From contig DATIOK010000130.1 of assembly GCA_035473255.1 (NCBI GenBank), forward strand, positions 1,211-65,210: 64,000 nucleotides of DNA. Direction: 5' to 3'. Shown piece after piece: positions 19,286-28,249 of this stretch. Position 1 is the first letter of the stretch, and every line of letters begins with the position of its first letter. The notes beneath the pieces were generated by a model. That model saw nothing but the letters and a program-made list of their open reading frames with translations, was not told the origin of the DNA and did not search any database. Origin of the DNA: Gaiellales bacterium (GTDB lineage: Bacteria > Actinomycetota > Thermoleophilia > Gaiellales > JAICJC01). The translations under genes and the position numbers were made by a program.

Positions 19286-21570
19286 CGCTGCATCGCCTCC
19301 CACACCCGCGCCGGGGTCATGGGCAGCTGGTGCACGCGCGCGCCGGTGACCTGAGCGATCGCGTTGGCGATCGCGCCCGGAGTCGGCACGCAGGGCGGCT
19401 CACCGATGCCCTTGGAGCCATTCGGGCCGCCGGCGCCGGGCTTGGTCGGAGAGTCCACCCAGCCGATGTGGATCGGCGGCGAGTCGCTCGCCGTCTGCAG
19501 CTTGTAGTCGAGCAGGTGCGGGTTCAGCTGGCGCGCGTCCTCGCCGATCAGCGACCCCTCCAGGGTGGCCATGCCGATGCCCATGACGACGCCGCCCTCG
19601 ACCTGGCCGTTGGCGCCGATCGGGTTCAGCACGCGTCCCGACTCGTGCACCGCGGCCACCTCCAGCACCCGCACGACGCCGGTCTCGCGATCGACCTTGC
19701 AGCGCACCGCATGCGTGATGAAAGTGGGGGCGAGGAACGATTCCATTCCCAGCCGGCCGGTGCACCCAGCCGCGTCTGAGGCGGGCATCTCCGGCACCGC
19801 GTCGGCGCCGCGGCCGAGCAGCAGGGTGCTGCCGTGGGCGGCCTCGGCCAGCTCCGGGATGGTGACCGACTTGGTGGGCGACCCCTTCACCGAGACCGCG
19901 CCGTCCTTCAGCTCCAGGTCGTCGCGGTTGGCTTCCAGCTGCTCGGCGGCCAGGTCGAGCAGCTGCTCACGCACGTCGTTCGCGGCGGCCATCACCGCGC
20001 GGCCGTTGTTGAAGGTGGTCTGTGAGCCGGACGCGCCGGAGTCGAACGGGCCGGCGTCGGTGTCCTGATACAACAGCGAGAAGCTCTCCGGCTCCATGCC
20101 CAGGATCTCCGCGGCCAGCAGCGGCAACGCCATCACGGCGCCGGTGCCGCACTCCTGTGCGCCGGTGATGATGGTGGCCGACCCGTCGCCGTTGATCTTC
20201 ACGTAGGCGCCGGAAGCGATGCCGAACGACGGCCACCAGCCGACGGCGACGCCGATCGCCTCGTCCTCGGTCAGTTCCTTGCCGTAGCCAATCAGCTCCA
20301 CCGCCCGCTCCAGCGTCTCCGCGGCGCCGATGTCCTCGAACACCTGCCGGGTGGGCCCCTCGTCGCCGTTCTTGACGATGTTGCGGCGGCGGAACTCGAC
20401 GGGGTCCATGCCCAGCTGCCCGGCCACCGAGTCCATGTGCTGCTCGAGCGCCCAGCAGGCCTGCGGGGCGGTCGGGGCGCGCACCGAGCCGGAGGGTGTG
20501 GTGTTCGTGTAGGCCAGGCTGGCATCGACGAAGACGTTCTCGATCTTGTACGGGCCGGCCGCCATCATCGCGGCCAGCTGCGGGAAGAATGGCGCATCGG
20601 CGCTGTAGGCGCCGTTGTCCAGGATCAGGCGGCCGCGGCGGGCAACGATGCTGCCGTCCCTGCGCACGCCGGTCTCCAGCTCCAGCACCTGTCCCTCGCG
20701 GCGGTGATCGGGGGCGAGGAACTCCTCGCGGCGCGAGAACACCAGGCGCACGGGGCGCTGAGCGACGCGGGCCAGCGCTGCCACCTGAGCCTCGTAGTGG
20801 AACTCGCACTTGCCGCCGAACCCTCCGCCCAGGTGCGGCACCACGATGCGAACGTGCGCCTCGGGCAGCTCCAGGGTGGTGGCCACGCCGCTGCGGGCGA
20901 TGAACGGCACCTGGGTCGACGACCAGATCGTGACCCGGTCTCCCTGCCACTGCGCGACCACGGCATGGGGCTCGATCGGCACCGCGTGGGACATGTCGGC
21001 GACGTAGCGCTCCTTGACGACGATGTCCGCCTCGGCCATGCCCTTGTCAGGATCACCCTTGAGGATCGTCGAGCGCGAGCAGTCGTTGCCCTCGCGGACG
21101 ACATCCTCAGAGGCTCCGTACGACGCCCAGTCCTCGTGCAGCAGCGGTGCCCCGGGCTCGAGGGCTGCCTCGACATCGCTGACGATCTCGAGCGGCTCGT
21201 AGTCGACCTCGATCAGCTCGACGGCGCGCTGGGCGATCTCATCCGTGAGTGCGGCCACCGCCGCGACCAGCTCGCCCTCGTAGCGCACCTTGTGCTTGGC
21301 GAACAGCCGCCGGTCCTGGACAAACGGCCCGTAGCGGACGTCGGGCACGTCCTCGTGCGTGATCACGGCGAACACCCCCGGCAGCGCCTTGGCATTGGAG
21401 GTGTCGATGCGCGTGATGCGGGCGTGGGCGTGGTCGGAGTAGCGGAACTTCGCCTGGAGCATGCCGGTCATGTCCAGGTCGGCGGTGTAGCGCCCAAGGC
21501 CGGTCACCTTGTCCTTGCCGTCCTGCCGGATGAACGGCTTCTCTGCTGTGGCCAACGCGAGCTCCTTCAA
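19282..21570 (-). CDS. molybdopterin-binding large subunit (xanthine dehydrogenase/aldehyde oxidase family)
   Basis: 762-aa ORF with GGGFGGK and the a/b-hammerhead plus Mo-binding layout. A TTG at 21555 preceded by AAGGAG is a plausible alternative start. Confidence 0.9.
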   Translation of the reverse strand: MKELALATAEKPFIRQDGKDKVTGLGRYTADLDMTGMLQAKFRYSDHAHARITRIDTSNAKALPGVFAVITHEDVPDVRYGPFVQDRRLFAKHKVRYEGELVAAVAALTDEIAQRAVELIEVDYEPLEIVSDVEAALEPGAPLLHEDWASYGASEDVVREGNDCSRSTILKGDPDKGMAEADIVVKERYVADMSHAVPIEPHAVVAQWQGDRVTIWSSTQVPFIARSGVATTLELPEAHVRIVVPHLGGGFGGKCEFHYEAQVAALARVAQRPVRLVFSRREEFLAPDHRREGQVLELETGVRRDGSIVARRGRLILDNGAYSADAPFFPQLAAMMAAGPYKIENVFVDASLAYTNTTPSGSVRAPTAPQACWALEQHMDSVAGQLGMDPVEFRRRNIVKNGDEGPTRQVFEDIGAAETLERAVELIGYGKELTEDEAIGVAVGWWPSFGIASGAYVKINGDGSATIITGAQECGTGAVMALPLLAAEILGMEPESFSLLYQDTDAGPFDSGASGSQTTFNNGRAVMAAANDVREQLLDLAAEQLEANRDDLELKDGAVSVKGSPTKSVTIPELAEAAHGSTLLLGRGADAVPEMPASDAAGCTGRLGMESFLAPTFITHAVRCKVDRETGVVRVLEVAAVHESGRVLNPIGANGQVEGGVVMGIGMATLEGSLIGEDARQLNPHLLDYKLQTASDSPPIHIGWVDSPTKPGAGGPNGSKGIGEPPCVPTPGAIANAIAQVTGARVHQLPMTPARVWEAMQR

Positions 21571-21639
21571 TCGAGGCGGGGGTTGATACTACGTGAGACG
21601 GGGCGACCGGAAAAGCCGGAGCCGGGCTGATGCCGTCTG

Positions 21640-22896
21640 TTACGAGCCGGGCGTGGCCAGGTCGATGCGGGTGAAGGAGGCGCGGCCGGCGGCCTCCCGT
21701 ACCGACCACAGCTGGTCTGGGCGGATCGAGAGCAGCGCGTTCTGGTCGGGCAGCGTGATCGCGGCGCCGGCCAGGCGGTTCACCGATGGGTCGAGCTCGC
21801 GGACGCCCTGGCCCGCGATCGCCAGCCAGATCGCGCCTGCGGCGGCGGCCATGGCGGAGGCCGGTGCCGGCAGGGCGATTATCTGCGGGGCGCGGCCGGG
21901 CGGGCCGTCGAAGCGGAGCAGCTGTGGACGTCCGTCGCGGGTGCCCGCGACCCACACGGCGCCGGCTCCCGCTGCGATCACGCTGGGGACGAGCCCGGAC
22001 AGCCGGGTCGCTCCCAGCACGTGGCCGTCCGCGGCGCTGAGCGCAATGATCGAGGACGCGGTCAGCGCCCACACCCGCCGGCTGCTGCCGGCGATCGCCA
22101 GCACGCCGGTCACCGGGGTGAGGGTGGCCCGACCATTGTCGATGCGGGCAACGCCGCCGGCCAGCGCCACCCAGATCTGGCCATTCGCGACCAGCGGCGC
22201 GCAGGACGTGGCTGGAGTCGAGCAGCCGGCGACGCCGGGCAGCGGCAGGCGCGACTGAACCTTGCCGGAGCCGCGGTCGCGGAAGACCAGCTCGGCGCCC
22301 GCGGGGCCGTTCACCAGCAACATCAGTGAGCCGCCGGACACGGCCACCCCCAGCGCGGGGCGGACGGAGGCGAAGGTGTAGTTGACCGAGCCGTCGGTCG
22401 CCGCCAGCCGCGTGACGGAGCCGCCGGCGGCCTGGTACCAGAGGCCACCGTTGCCGGCGGCGGCGACGGCGATGCCGTGAGCAGCCGGGGCGGTGGCGGC
22501 GACGGTGGTCGAGACGGTGAAGGCGGGCGGACGCCGGCTGACGGCGGGGGCCGGTGCGGAGCCGCCCGAATCGCCCTGCAGCCACATCACCAGGCCGATC
22601 ACGGCGGCGACCACGATCGGGAGCATCAGCGCGGCGATCGCCAGCCGGCCGGCCCGGCGGCGGTCGCGGGCGACGCGGTCGCGGGCGGGCGCGCGCACGA
22701 CCGCGGGGGCCTGTTGCGGGACGGGTGGTGAGGGCGGCACCTGGCCGGTCGTGGGATCGATGCGGAGCCCGTGCTCGGAGGTCTCACGGGCGGTCAGCAG
22801 CGCGAAGCGAGGGTCGTCGACGTGTTCGACCACCAGATCGCCTCCCGGCTCGGGTGCCCGCGCCGCGGGCGGTTCACGCGGATCCGTCACGAGCAT
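21640..22896 (-). CDS. single-pass membrane protein with repeat-rich (beta-propeller-like) extracytoplasmic domain
   Basis: 418-aa ORF with a cytoplasmic N-tail, one TM helix (LAIAALMLPIVVAAVIGLVMWL), then a repetitive G/A/V-rich strand pattern. No recognisable catalytic motif. Confidence 0.55.
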   Translation of the reverse strand: MLVTDPREPPAARAPEPGGDLVVEHVDDPRFALLTARETSEHGLRIDPTTGQVPPSPPVPQQAPAVVRAPARDRVARDRRRAGRLAIAALMLPIVVAAVIGLVMWLQGDSGGSAPAPAVSRRPPAFTVSTTVAATAPAAHGIAVAAAGNGGLWYQAAGGSVTRLAATDGSVNYTFASVRPALGVAVSGGSLMLLVNGPAGAELVFRDRGSGKVQSRLPLPGVAGCSTPATSCAPLVANGQIWVALAGGVARIDNGRATLTPVTGVLAIAGSSRRVWALTASSIIALSAADGHVLGATRLSGLVPSVIAAGAGAVWVAGTRDGRPQLLRFDGPPGRAPQIIALPAPASAMAAAAGAIWLAIAGQGVRELDPSVNRLAGAAITLPDQNALLSIRPDQLWSVREAAGRASFTRIDLATPGS

Positions 22897-22953
22897 CCAC
22901 TGTACAAACCACCTCGGCTAGCGCGGCCGCAGCGGACCGGTAGGATCTGCCGC

Positions 22954-24942
22954 ATGCATTCCTCTTACGCCCTTGACGCAAGCGATTTTGCCGTCGAACG
23001 GGACGGCAAGCAGCAGCCGCTGTCCGAACTGTGGCCGGGCGGATACCAGCCCGGCGACCGGCTCGGCGTCGTGCTCGCCCAGCCGATGGACGCCGTCGGC
23101 TGCTCCAACCTGATCTGCGCGACCATCACGCTGTTCTACGACTACATGCGGGCCACCCTCGGCACCGGCAACTTCTTCCGCTACTGCGATACCTACTTGT
23201 TCGGCGTTGGCTGCGAGGCCGGCGACTTCAACCAGCTGGACATCTGGCCGCTGCACAAGTGGGTGACGATTCTGAACCCGACCACCGAGGCGCTACTGGA
23301 GGCGGTCAACGACCGCAAGGTCAACCTGCTGGCGATCCCCGAGACGGGCGCGCGCTGCCGCGGCGAGGTGGTGCTCTCGACGTGGAACGCCTATCTGTCG
23401 CACGTGAAGTCGGTCGTGACGTACTCGCCGCGCACCGGCGTGGCGCGTGACTCCGACGTGCACCTGGTCGGAAACCGCGTGGTCGAGAGCTACGTGGAGC
23501 AGGCGATCTTCACGACGCCGGGGCTGGACGCCGGGTTCCAGGCCAAGCTGCGGCGGCTGCGGCGCAACATCGACCGGGAGGAGAAGCAGCCGGTCGAGGG
23601 CTACCGCACGCTGGCCGGGCCGGCGCAGGCGCGGGCGCTGCTGGGCGTGACCCAGGTGCTGCCGCCCGGCCACCAGGAGCTGACGCGGCGCGCGACCCCG
23701 ACGACGATCATGCCCGTGGAGGTGCCGATGCCGGCCCTCGACGGCGACGCGGCCCCTTTTGACATCGCCGCCGCCGCGGCGCTGCAGGTCGATCGGCCGG
23801 CACCGTCCGGCGCCTACCCGGACGGGCTCCTGCGAACGGGGTTCGACGGTATCCAGCGGCGGCTGGGCGGCAACTTCGCGGAGTGGGAGGGCTGGGACTG
23901 GATCTCGGACTTCGGCGACCCGATCGCCGAGCACCACACGGTGCGCGAGGCGGTCGGCATCTGGGACGAGTCGCCGCTTCGCAAGTGGTTCTTCAGGGGC
24001 ACGAAGGCGATGGCGGCGGTCGACTACTGCTTCACGGCCGACATGGCCGGCCTCGAGGCGGGGCAGGCGCGCTACGCGCCCTTCGTGGACGCACAGGGCA
24101 GGATGCTGGGCGACGGCGTCGTCTTCCGCGGCGACGACCCCGAGAACGTGCTGGTGGTGACGGCGCTCGACACCGACGCCGACCACTTCCGCCGGATAAC
24201 CGGCGACTTCGGGATCGAGATCACGGAGCACACGATGGAGATGCCGCACCTGCAGGTGCAGGGGCCGCGCTCGCGCGAGCTGCTGTCCGCCGTGACCGAC
24301 GCCGACGTCGCCGGACTGCGGTACTTCCGGTTCCTGACGGAGCCGGTCTCGGTCTGCGGTGCGCCCTGCTACGTGGCCCGCACCGGCTACTCGGGTGAGC
24401 TCGGCTACGAGGTGTTCTGCGAGCCGGGCGATGCGGAGCAGGTCTGGCAGGGGCTGCTCGACCAGGGCGCCGCGATGGGCATCCGGCCCTACGGGCTGGC
24501 GGCGGTCGAGAGCCTGCGGATCGAGGCCGGGCTGATCTTCATCGGCTTCGACTACTTCCCGGGCGTGACATCGCCCTTCCACGTCAACCTCGACCGCATG
24601 ATCAAGCTGGACAAGGGCGACTTCCATGGCAAGCAGGCGTTGCAGGCGGAGCTCGACGCGGGCATCACGCACCGCATGGTGACGCTCGTGATCGCCGGTG
24701 AGGACGCGCCCGACTACAACACGCCGGTGCTCTCGAACGGGCGCGGCGTGGGCAAGCTGACATCACCCAGCGCGGGACGCTCGCCGACGGTGGACAAGCT
24801 GATCGCGATGGCCTGCATCGAGGCGGACCTGGCCGAGGTGGGCAGGCAGGTCGAGGTGACGCTGCCCGACGGCCGGCTGGTGCCGGCGCTGGTCGACCAG
24901 TTCCCGATCTACGACCCCGAGAAGTCGCGACCGCGCTCCTAG
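22954..24942 (+). CDS. fusion protein: uncharacterised ~330-aa N-domain plus GcvT-type aminomethyltransferase domain
   Basis: ATG at 22954 (MHSSYALDASDF) within ORF 22771..24942. The C-terminal half has the GcvT pattern (EHHTVREAVGIWDESPLRKW, ARTGYSGELGYEVF, SLRIEAGL). Confidence 0.8.
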   Translation: MHSSYALDASDFAVERDGKQQPLSELWPGGYQPGDRLGVVLAQPMDAVGCSNLICATITLFYDYMRATLGTGNFFRYCDTYLFGVGCEAGDFNQLDIWPLHKWVTILNPTTEALLEAVNDRKVNLLAIPETGARCRGEVVLSTWNAYLSHVKSVVTYSPRTGVARDSDVHLVGNRVVESYVEQAIFTTPGLDAGFQAKLRRLRRNIDREEKQPVEGYRTLAGPAQARALLGVTQVLPPGHQELTRRATPTTIMPVEVPMPALDGDAAPFDIAAAAALQVDRPAPSGAYPDGLLRTGFDGIQRRLGGNFAEWEGWDWISDFGDPIAEHHTVREAVGIWDESPLRKWFFRGTKAMAAVDYCFTADMAGLEAGQARYAPFVDAQGRMLGDGVVFRGDDPENVLVVTALDTDADHFRRITGDFGIEITEHTMEMPHLQVQGPRSRELLSAVTDADVAGLRYFRFLTEPVSVCGAPCYVARTGYSGELGYEVFCEPGDAEQVWQGLLDQGAAMGIRPYGLAAVESLRIEAGLIFIGFDYFPGVTSPFHVNLDRMIKLDKGDFHGKQALQAELDAGITHRMVTLVIAGEDAPDYNTPVLSNGRGVGKLTSPSAGRSPTVDKLIAMACIEADLAEVGRQVEVTLPDGRLVPALVDQFPIYDPEKSRPRS

Positions 24943-24952
24943 CCGGCCGTAA

Positions 24953-24964
24953 GCCGCCTTCGGC
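24953..24964 (+). terminator. short GC hairpin after the GcvT-fusion gene
   Basis: GCCG-CCTT-CGGC, 11 nt after the stop codon. No U-tract. Confidence 0.25.
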
Positions 24965-24989
24965 GATCTGTCAAGCCCGGGCCGAGGCG

Positions 24990-25004
24990 GGTGTCAAACA
25001 CCGC
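24990..25004 (-). repeat. solo GGTGTTTGACACC box (same box as the ends of the 134-nt repeats)
   Basis: The plus strand reads GGTGTCAAACACCGC, which is the reverse complement of GCGGTGTTTGACACC. Confidence 0.6.
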
Positions 25005-25178
25005 TCCATACCCCGTGAAGCGTTCGGCCCGGATTCGCCACATCCGCGGGGATCGGGGTGACAGGCGTTCGTGGCAGCTCCGGGGTTTCGGGCCGACCCG
25101 GGCTCAGAGCCCGACTCGGCGGGCGCGGCACCCTGTTGCCGAATTGGCACCGGTCGGGTCGTGAAAGAATCAGGCCGG

Positions 25179-25931
25179 ATGGGCTCGTCTGACTCACCGA
25201 TCGTCGTGATTGCATCCGGATTCGGCGGCGTGGCCGTGTGCGATGCGATCGTGCGGCTGTTGCCCAAAGAGGACACGGTGCTCCTGGCCGACCACGCCTA
25301 CGCGCCCTACGCGCGTCGCCGGTCCGCCGTCGTGGTCGACCGGCTCACACGCCTAGCCTGCGACGTCGTCGCCGAGCGCCGGCCCAAGCTGGTGGTGCTG
25401 GCCTCCGCCCAGGGCTGCGCCGACGCCCTCGAGCCGATCCGCACCCGGTTGGCGCCGGTGCCCGCGATCGGCATCGACGGCATCGTCCCGCAGGCCGCCG
25501 CCCGCTCGGCCTCGGGCCGCATCGCCTTCATGACCGGCGCGGGCTGCCTGCGCGGTGGCCAGCTGGCCCGCGCGCTCAAGCGCGAGCGCGGCGGCGGCCG
25601 GGTGACGTGGTCGGCCGTGCCCGGTCTGCGCGAGCTGGTCGAGTCCGGCCGTGACCCAGGCTCTGCCGTCGCCGCCGAGGTGGCCACGCTGCGGGCCGCC
25701 GGGGTCGACGCGATCGCGCTCGGCTGCCCACACGCGAGCGCCGTCGCCGCGCAGGTGAAGCTGGCCGCCGGCGAGCAGGTGGCGGTGGTCGACTCGGCCG
25801 CGCTGGCGGCGGAGCGGGTGCGCCGGCTGCTGATGCGCGGGGGTCTCACGACGCGGCGCCGGCGCCCCGGTCGGCGGGAGCTGATCAGCACCGATCCTGC
25901 GGCCGGTCAGGCCGGGCTCGCCATCCGCTGA
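25179..25931 (+). CDS. glutamate racemase-like (Asp/Glu racemase family) protein, catalytically degenerate
   Basis: ATG at 25179 (MGSSDSPIVVIASGFGG). It aligns by eye to MurI, but ACNTA is replaced by ASAQG (first Cys lost) while GCPHAS keeps the second Cys. Confidence 0.65.
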   Translation: MGSSDSPIVVIASGFGGVAVCDAIVRLLPKEDTVLLADHAYAPYARRRSAVVVDRLTRLACDVVAERRPKLVVLASAQGCADALEPIRTRLAPVPAIGIDGIVPQAAARSASGRIAFMTGAGCLRGGQLARALKRERGGGRVTWSAVPGLRELVESGRDPGSAVAAEVATLRAAGVDAIALGCPHASAVAAQVKLAAGEQVAVVDSAALAAERVRRLLMRGGLTTRRRRPGRRELISTDPAAGQAGLAIR

Positions 25932-25933
25932 GG

Positions 25934-26404
25934 TCAGGCCACTCCGGTGTCGCCGGCCGGGCCCCACACGTCGCGGGCGCGCGCTCCCACGCCCAGCTCC
26001 AGCAGCAGGTCGTCGTCCAGCGTGTCCGCGTATGCGGCCACGATCTGCAGCGCCCGGATGAACTCCTGGGTCTGCAGGTTGCTGGCCAGGATCGCGTACT
26101 CGAGGGCGATCACGCCGTCCTCCTCGTAGTACGACAGCCTGCCCACCAGCAGGCTGCAGTTGCGCAGGTTGATGGCGGCCAGCGCCCTCGCGCCCGCCTC
26201 CTCGAACCGCACGCCCTGCAGCACCGGCGATTGGAACAGCACCAGCGGCTCGTCGCCGAACGAGCCCGGCCGCACCATCACGGCGGCCGTGCCGTCGCGG
26301 ATCGGGACGAAGAACTCGAGCCCGTCCTGCGACGGTGTGAAGCCGATCTTGGCCCGGACCAAAATCCCGTGGATTCGCTCGGCAAGTGCGGGCAGATCTG
26401 TCAT
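25934..26404 (-). CDS. YbjN-like (type III chaperone-like) putative sensory transduction regulator
   Basis: 156-aa acidic ORF. The pattern FFVPIRDGTAAVMVR...LLVGRLSYYEEDGVIALEYAIL is typical of YbjN-domain proteins. Confidence 0.5.
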   Translation of the reverse strand: MTDLPALAERIHGILVRAKIGFTPSQDGLEFFVPIRDGTAAVMVRPGSFGDEPLVLFQSPVLQGVRFEEAGARALAAINLRNCSLLVGRLSYYEEDGVIALEYAILASNLQTQEFIRALQIVAAYADTLDDDLLLELGVGARARDVWGPAGDTGVA

Positions 26405-26461
26405 GGGGTGACTATCTCATGCACGTCAAGGCGGTGACGGGCGGTGCGTTAGAGTGGCCCG

Positions 26462-27361
26462 GTGCCTCGCCCACTGCGTGTCGGAGTGCAGCTCCCAGAG
26501 ACCGAGCGGGTCGTCCGCTGGCCCGAGTATCTGGCCATGGCGACGGCCGCCGAGCAGGTCGGATTCGACTCGATCTGGCTCGGCGATCACCTGCTCTACG
26601 CCCCCGAGCACGGCCGCCCCGAGCGCGGACCCTGGGAGGTCTGGACGATGCTTGGGGCGCTTGCCGCGGCGACCGAACGGGTCTCGCTCGGCCCGCTGGT
26701 GGCGTGCACGGCATTCCACAGCCCCGGCCTGCTGGCGAAGATGGCGGCCACCGTCGATGACGTCAGCGGCGGCCGCCTCGTGCTGGGCCTCGGTGCCGGC
26801 TGGAACGAGCGCGAGTTCAGCGCGTTCGGCCTGCCCTACGACCGCCGCGTGTCGCGCTTCGCCGAGTCGTTCGAGATCGTGCACGGGCTGCTGGCCGGCG
26901 AGCGCGTCAGCATGGACGGCAACTTCTCCCAGGTCGACGACCTGGTGCTGCTGCCACCGCCGGCGCGGCGGATCCCGATCATGATCGGCTCGAACGGGCC
27001 GCGCATGCTCAGCCTGACCCTGCCCCACGCCGACTCCTGGAACACCTGGTTCGACGACTACGGCAACTCGCCCGACGGCTTCGCGGCCCTCAACCGGCGG
27101 ATCAGCGAGGCGGCCGAGCAGGCCGGCCGTGACCCTGCGCAGATCGAGCGCAGCGCCTGCGTCGCCGTCGCGTTGGACGACTCCGGCGAGCGGTCGGCCC
27201 ACCCCGACGCGCCGCCCGTGGCCGGCGGCGCCGACCTGGCAGCGCACCTGCGCGACCTCGCGGCGGCAGGGGCGGACGAGGCGATTCTGGTGGTCAGCCC
27301 GATCACCGAGGGCTCGATCCGCGAGCTGGCCGGTGCGCTGGCTGCGCTCGACGTCGGCTAG
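26462..27361 (+). CDS. LLM-class (luciferase-like) F420/flavin-dependent oxidoreductase
   Basis: 299-aa ORF with FDSIWLGDHLLY and GRLVLGLGAGW motifs. Confidence 0.85.
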   Translation: MPRPLRVGVQLPETERVVRWPEYLAMATAAEQVGFDSIWLGDHLLYAPEHGRPERGPWEVWTMLGALAAATERVSLGPLVACTAFHSPGLLAKMAATVDDVSGGRLVLGLGAGWNEREFSAFGLPYDRRVSRFAESFEIVHGLLAGERVSMDGNFSQVDDLVLLPPPARRIPIMIGSNGPRMLSLTLPHADSWNTWFDDYGNSPDGFAALNRRISEAAEQAGRDPAQIERSACVAVALDDSGERSAHPDAPPVAGGADLAAHLRDLAAAGADEAILVVSPITEGSIRELAGALAALDVG

Positions 27362-27639
27362 GCCGTCGCGCGCTCGCCGAAGCGGGCGATCGACCGTTCG
27401 CGGGCGCGCTCGATCTCGCGGGCGCGGTCACGCGGCGGCGCGGTCGCGACCAGCTCGCCCAGCAGCGTCGACGTGGCCTCCGCGACCGCCTCGACGGCGC
27501 GCTGGAAGGCCTCCTCGTTGACCCGGGCGGGCTTGGTCATCCCGCTCACCTTGCGCACGTATTGCAGGGCCGCGTTGTGCGCGTCCTGCTCGGTGCTGGC
27601 CGGCTCGTAGTTGTGAAGTGGTCGGATGTTTCTGCACAT
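27358..27639 (-). CDS. DUF2277-family small protein
   Basis: 93-aa ORF starting MCRNIRPLHNYEPAST, the characteristic N-terminus of this family. Confidence 0.75.
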   Translation of the reverse strand: MCRNIRPLHNYEPASTEQDAHNAALQYVRKVSGMTKPARVNEEAFQRAVEAVAEATSTLLGELVATAPPRDRAREIERARERSIARFGERATA

Positions 27640-27690
27640 GCGCCCACTCTAGCCCGACCTGTGGCCCGACGTTGCTAGGCTCGGCAAAGC

Positions 27691-28152
27691 ATGCTTGCGC
27701 CCGGCGATCTGATCCCCGATCTGAGCCTGTTCGGCGTCGACGCCGAGCGGGTGCGTCTGCGCGATCTGGGCGCCGCGGTGATCGCCTTCTACCTGTACGA
27801 CTGGACAAGCACCTGACGGAGTGAGCTGAGGCTCCTGCGTGACAGGAGCGCGGAGTTCGCGGAGCTGGGCGTGGCGGTGGTGGGCATCTCACGCGACAGC
27901 CCCTACTCGCACATCGAGTGGTCGCGGCGGCTCAGCCTCGGCTACCCGCTGCTCTCGGACTGGAACGCCGAGGCGGTGCGGGCGTTCGGCGTCTCGCAGG
28001 ACCTGGACGGCCTCGCCGACACCCCTGTGCGGTCGGCCTTCGTGGTCGACGGCGAGGGCGCCGTGCGTGCCGCTCACCGCTACGGCGACGGCGAGCTGCC
28101 CGACGTCGAGCAGCTGCTGGACGAGGCGGCGGCACTGAACCGCGCGTCCTGA
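27691..28152 (+). CDS. AhpE/BCP-like 1-Cys peroxiredoxin with in-frame TGA (candidate selenocysteine) at the peroxidatic position
   Basis: The ATG at 27691 opens MLAPGDLIPDLSLFGVDAERVRLRDLGAAVIAFYLYDWTST-TGA-RSELRLLRDRSAEFAELGVAVVGISRD..., which joins track ORF 27871..28152 in frame. The TGA at 27814-27816 aligns with Cys of the TxxC Prx motif (AhpE FTGICQGELDQLRD). Confidence 0.6.
27831..27849 (+). promoter_or_regulatory. candidate bacterial SECIS-like hairpin
   Basis: GCTCCTG-CGTGA-CAGGAGC: 7-bp stem, 5-nt loop containing GU, beginning 14 nt after the TGA. Confidence 0.4.
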
Positions 28153-28249
28153 TGTGCGCGGGATTGGAACCGAATCGCCACACCGGTAACGAATCGCTTG
28201 CTCGCGGGTCCATAATTCCGATATCTACGTAAAGGGAGCTGATCACCAC

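Noticed and set aside
22954-23950. Idea that the N-domain of the GcvT fusion is DUF1989, as in TMAO demethylase Tdm
   Set aside because: I cannot recognise DUF1989 signature residues by eye. It is kept only as something an HMM search should test, not as a call.
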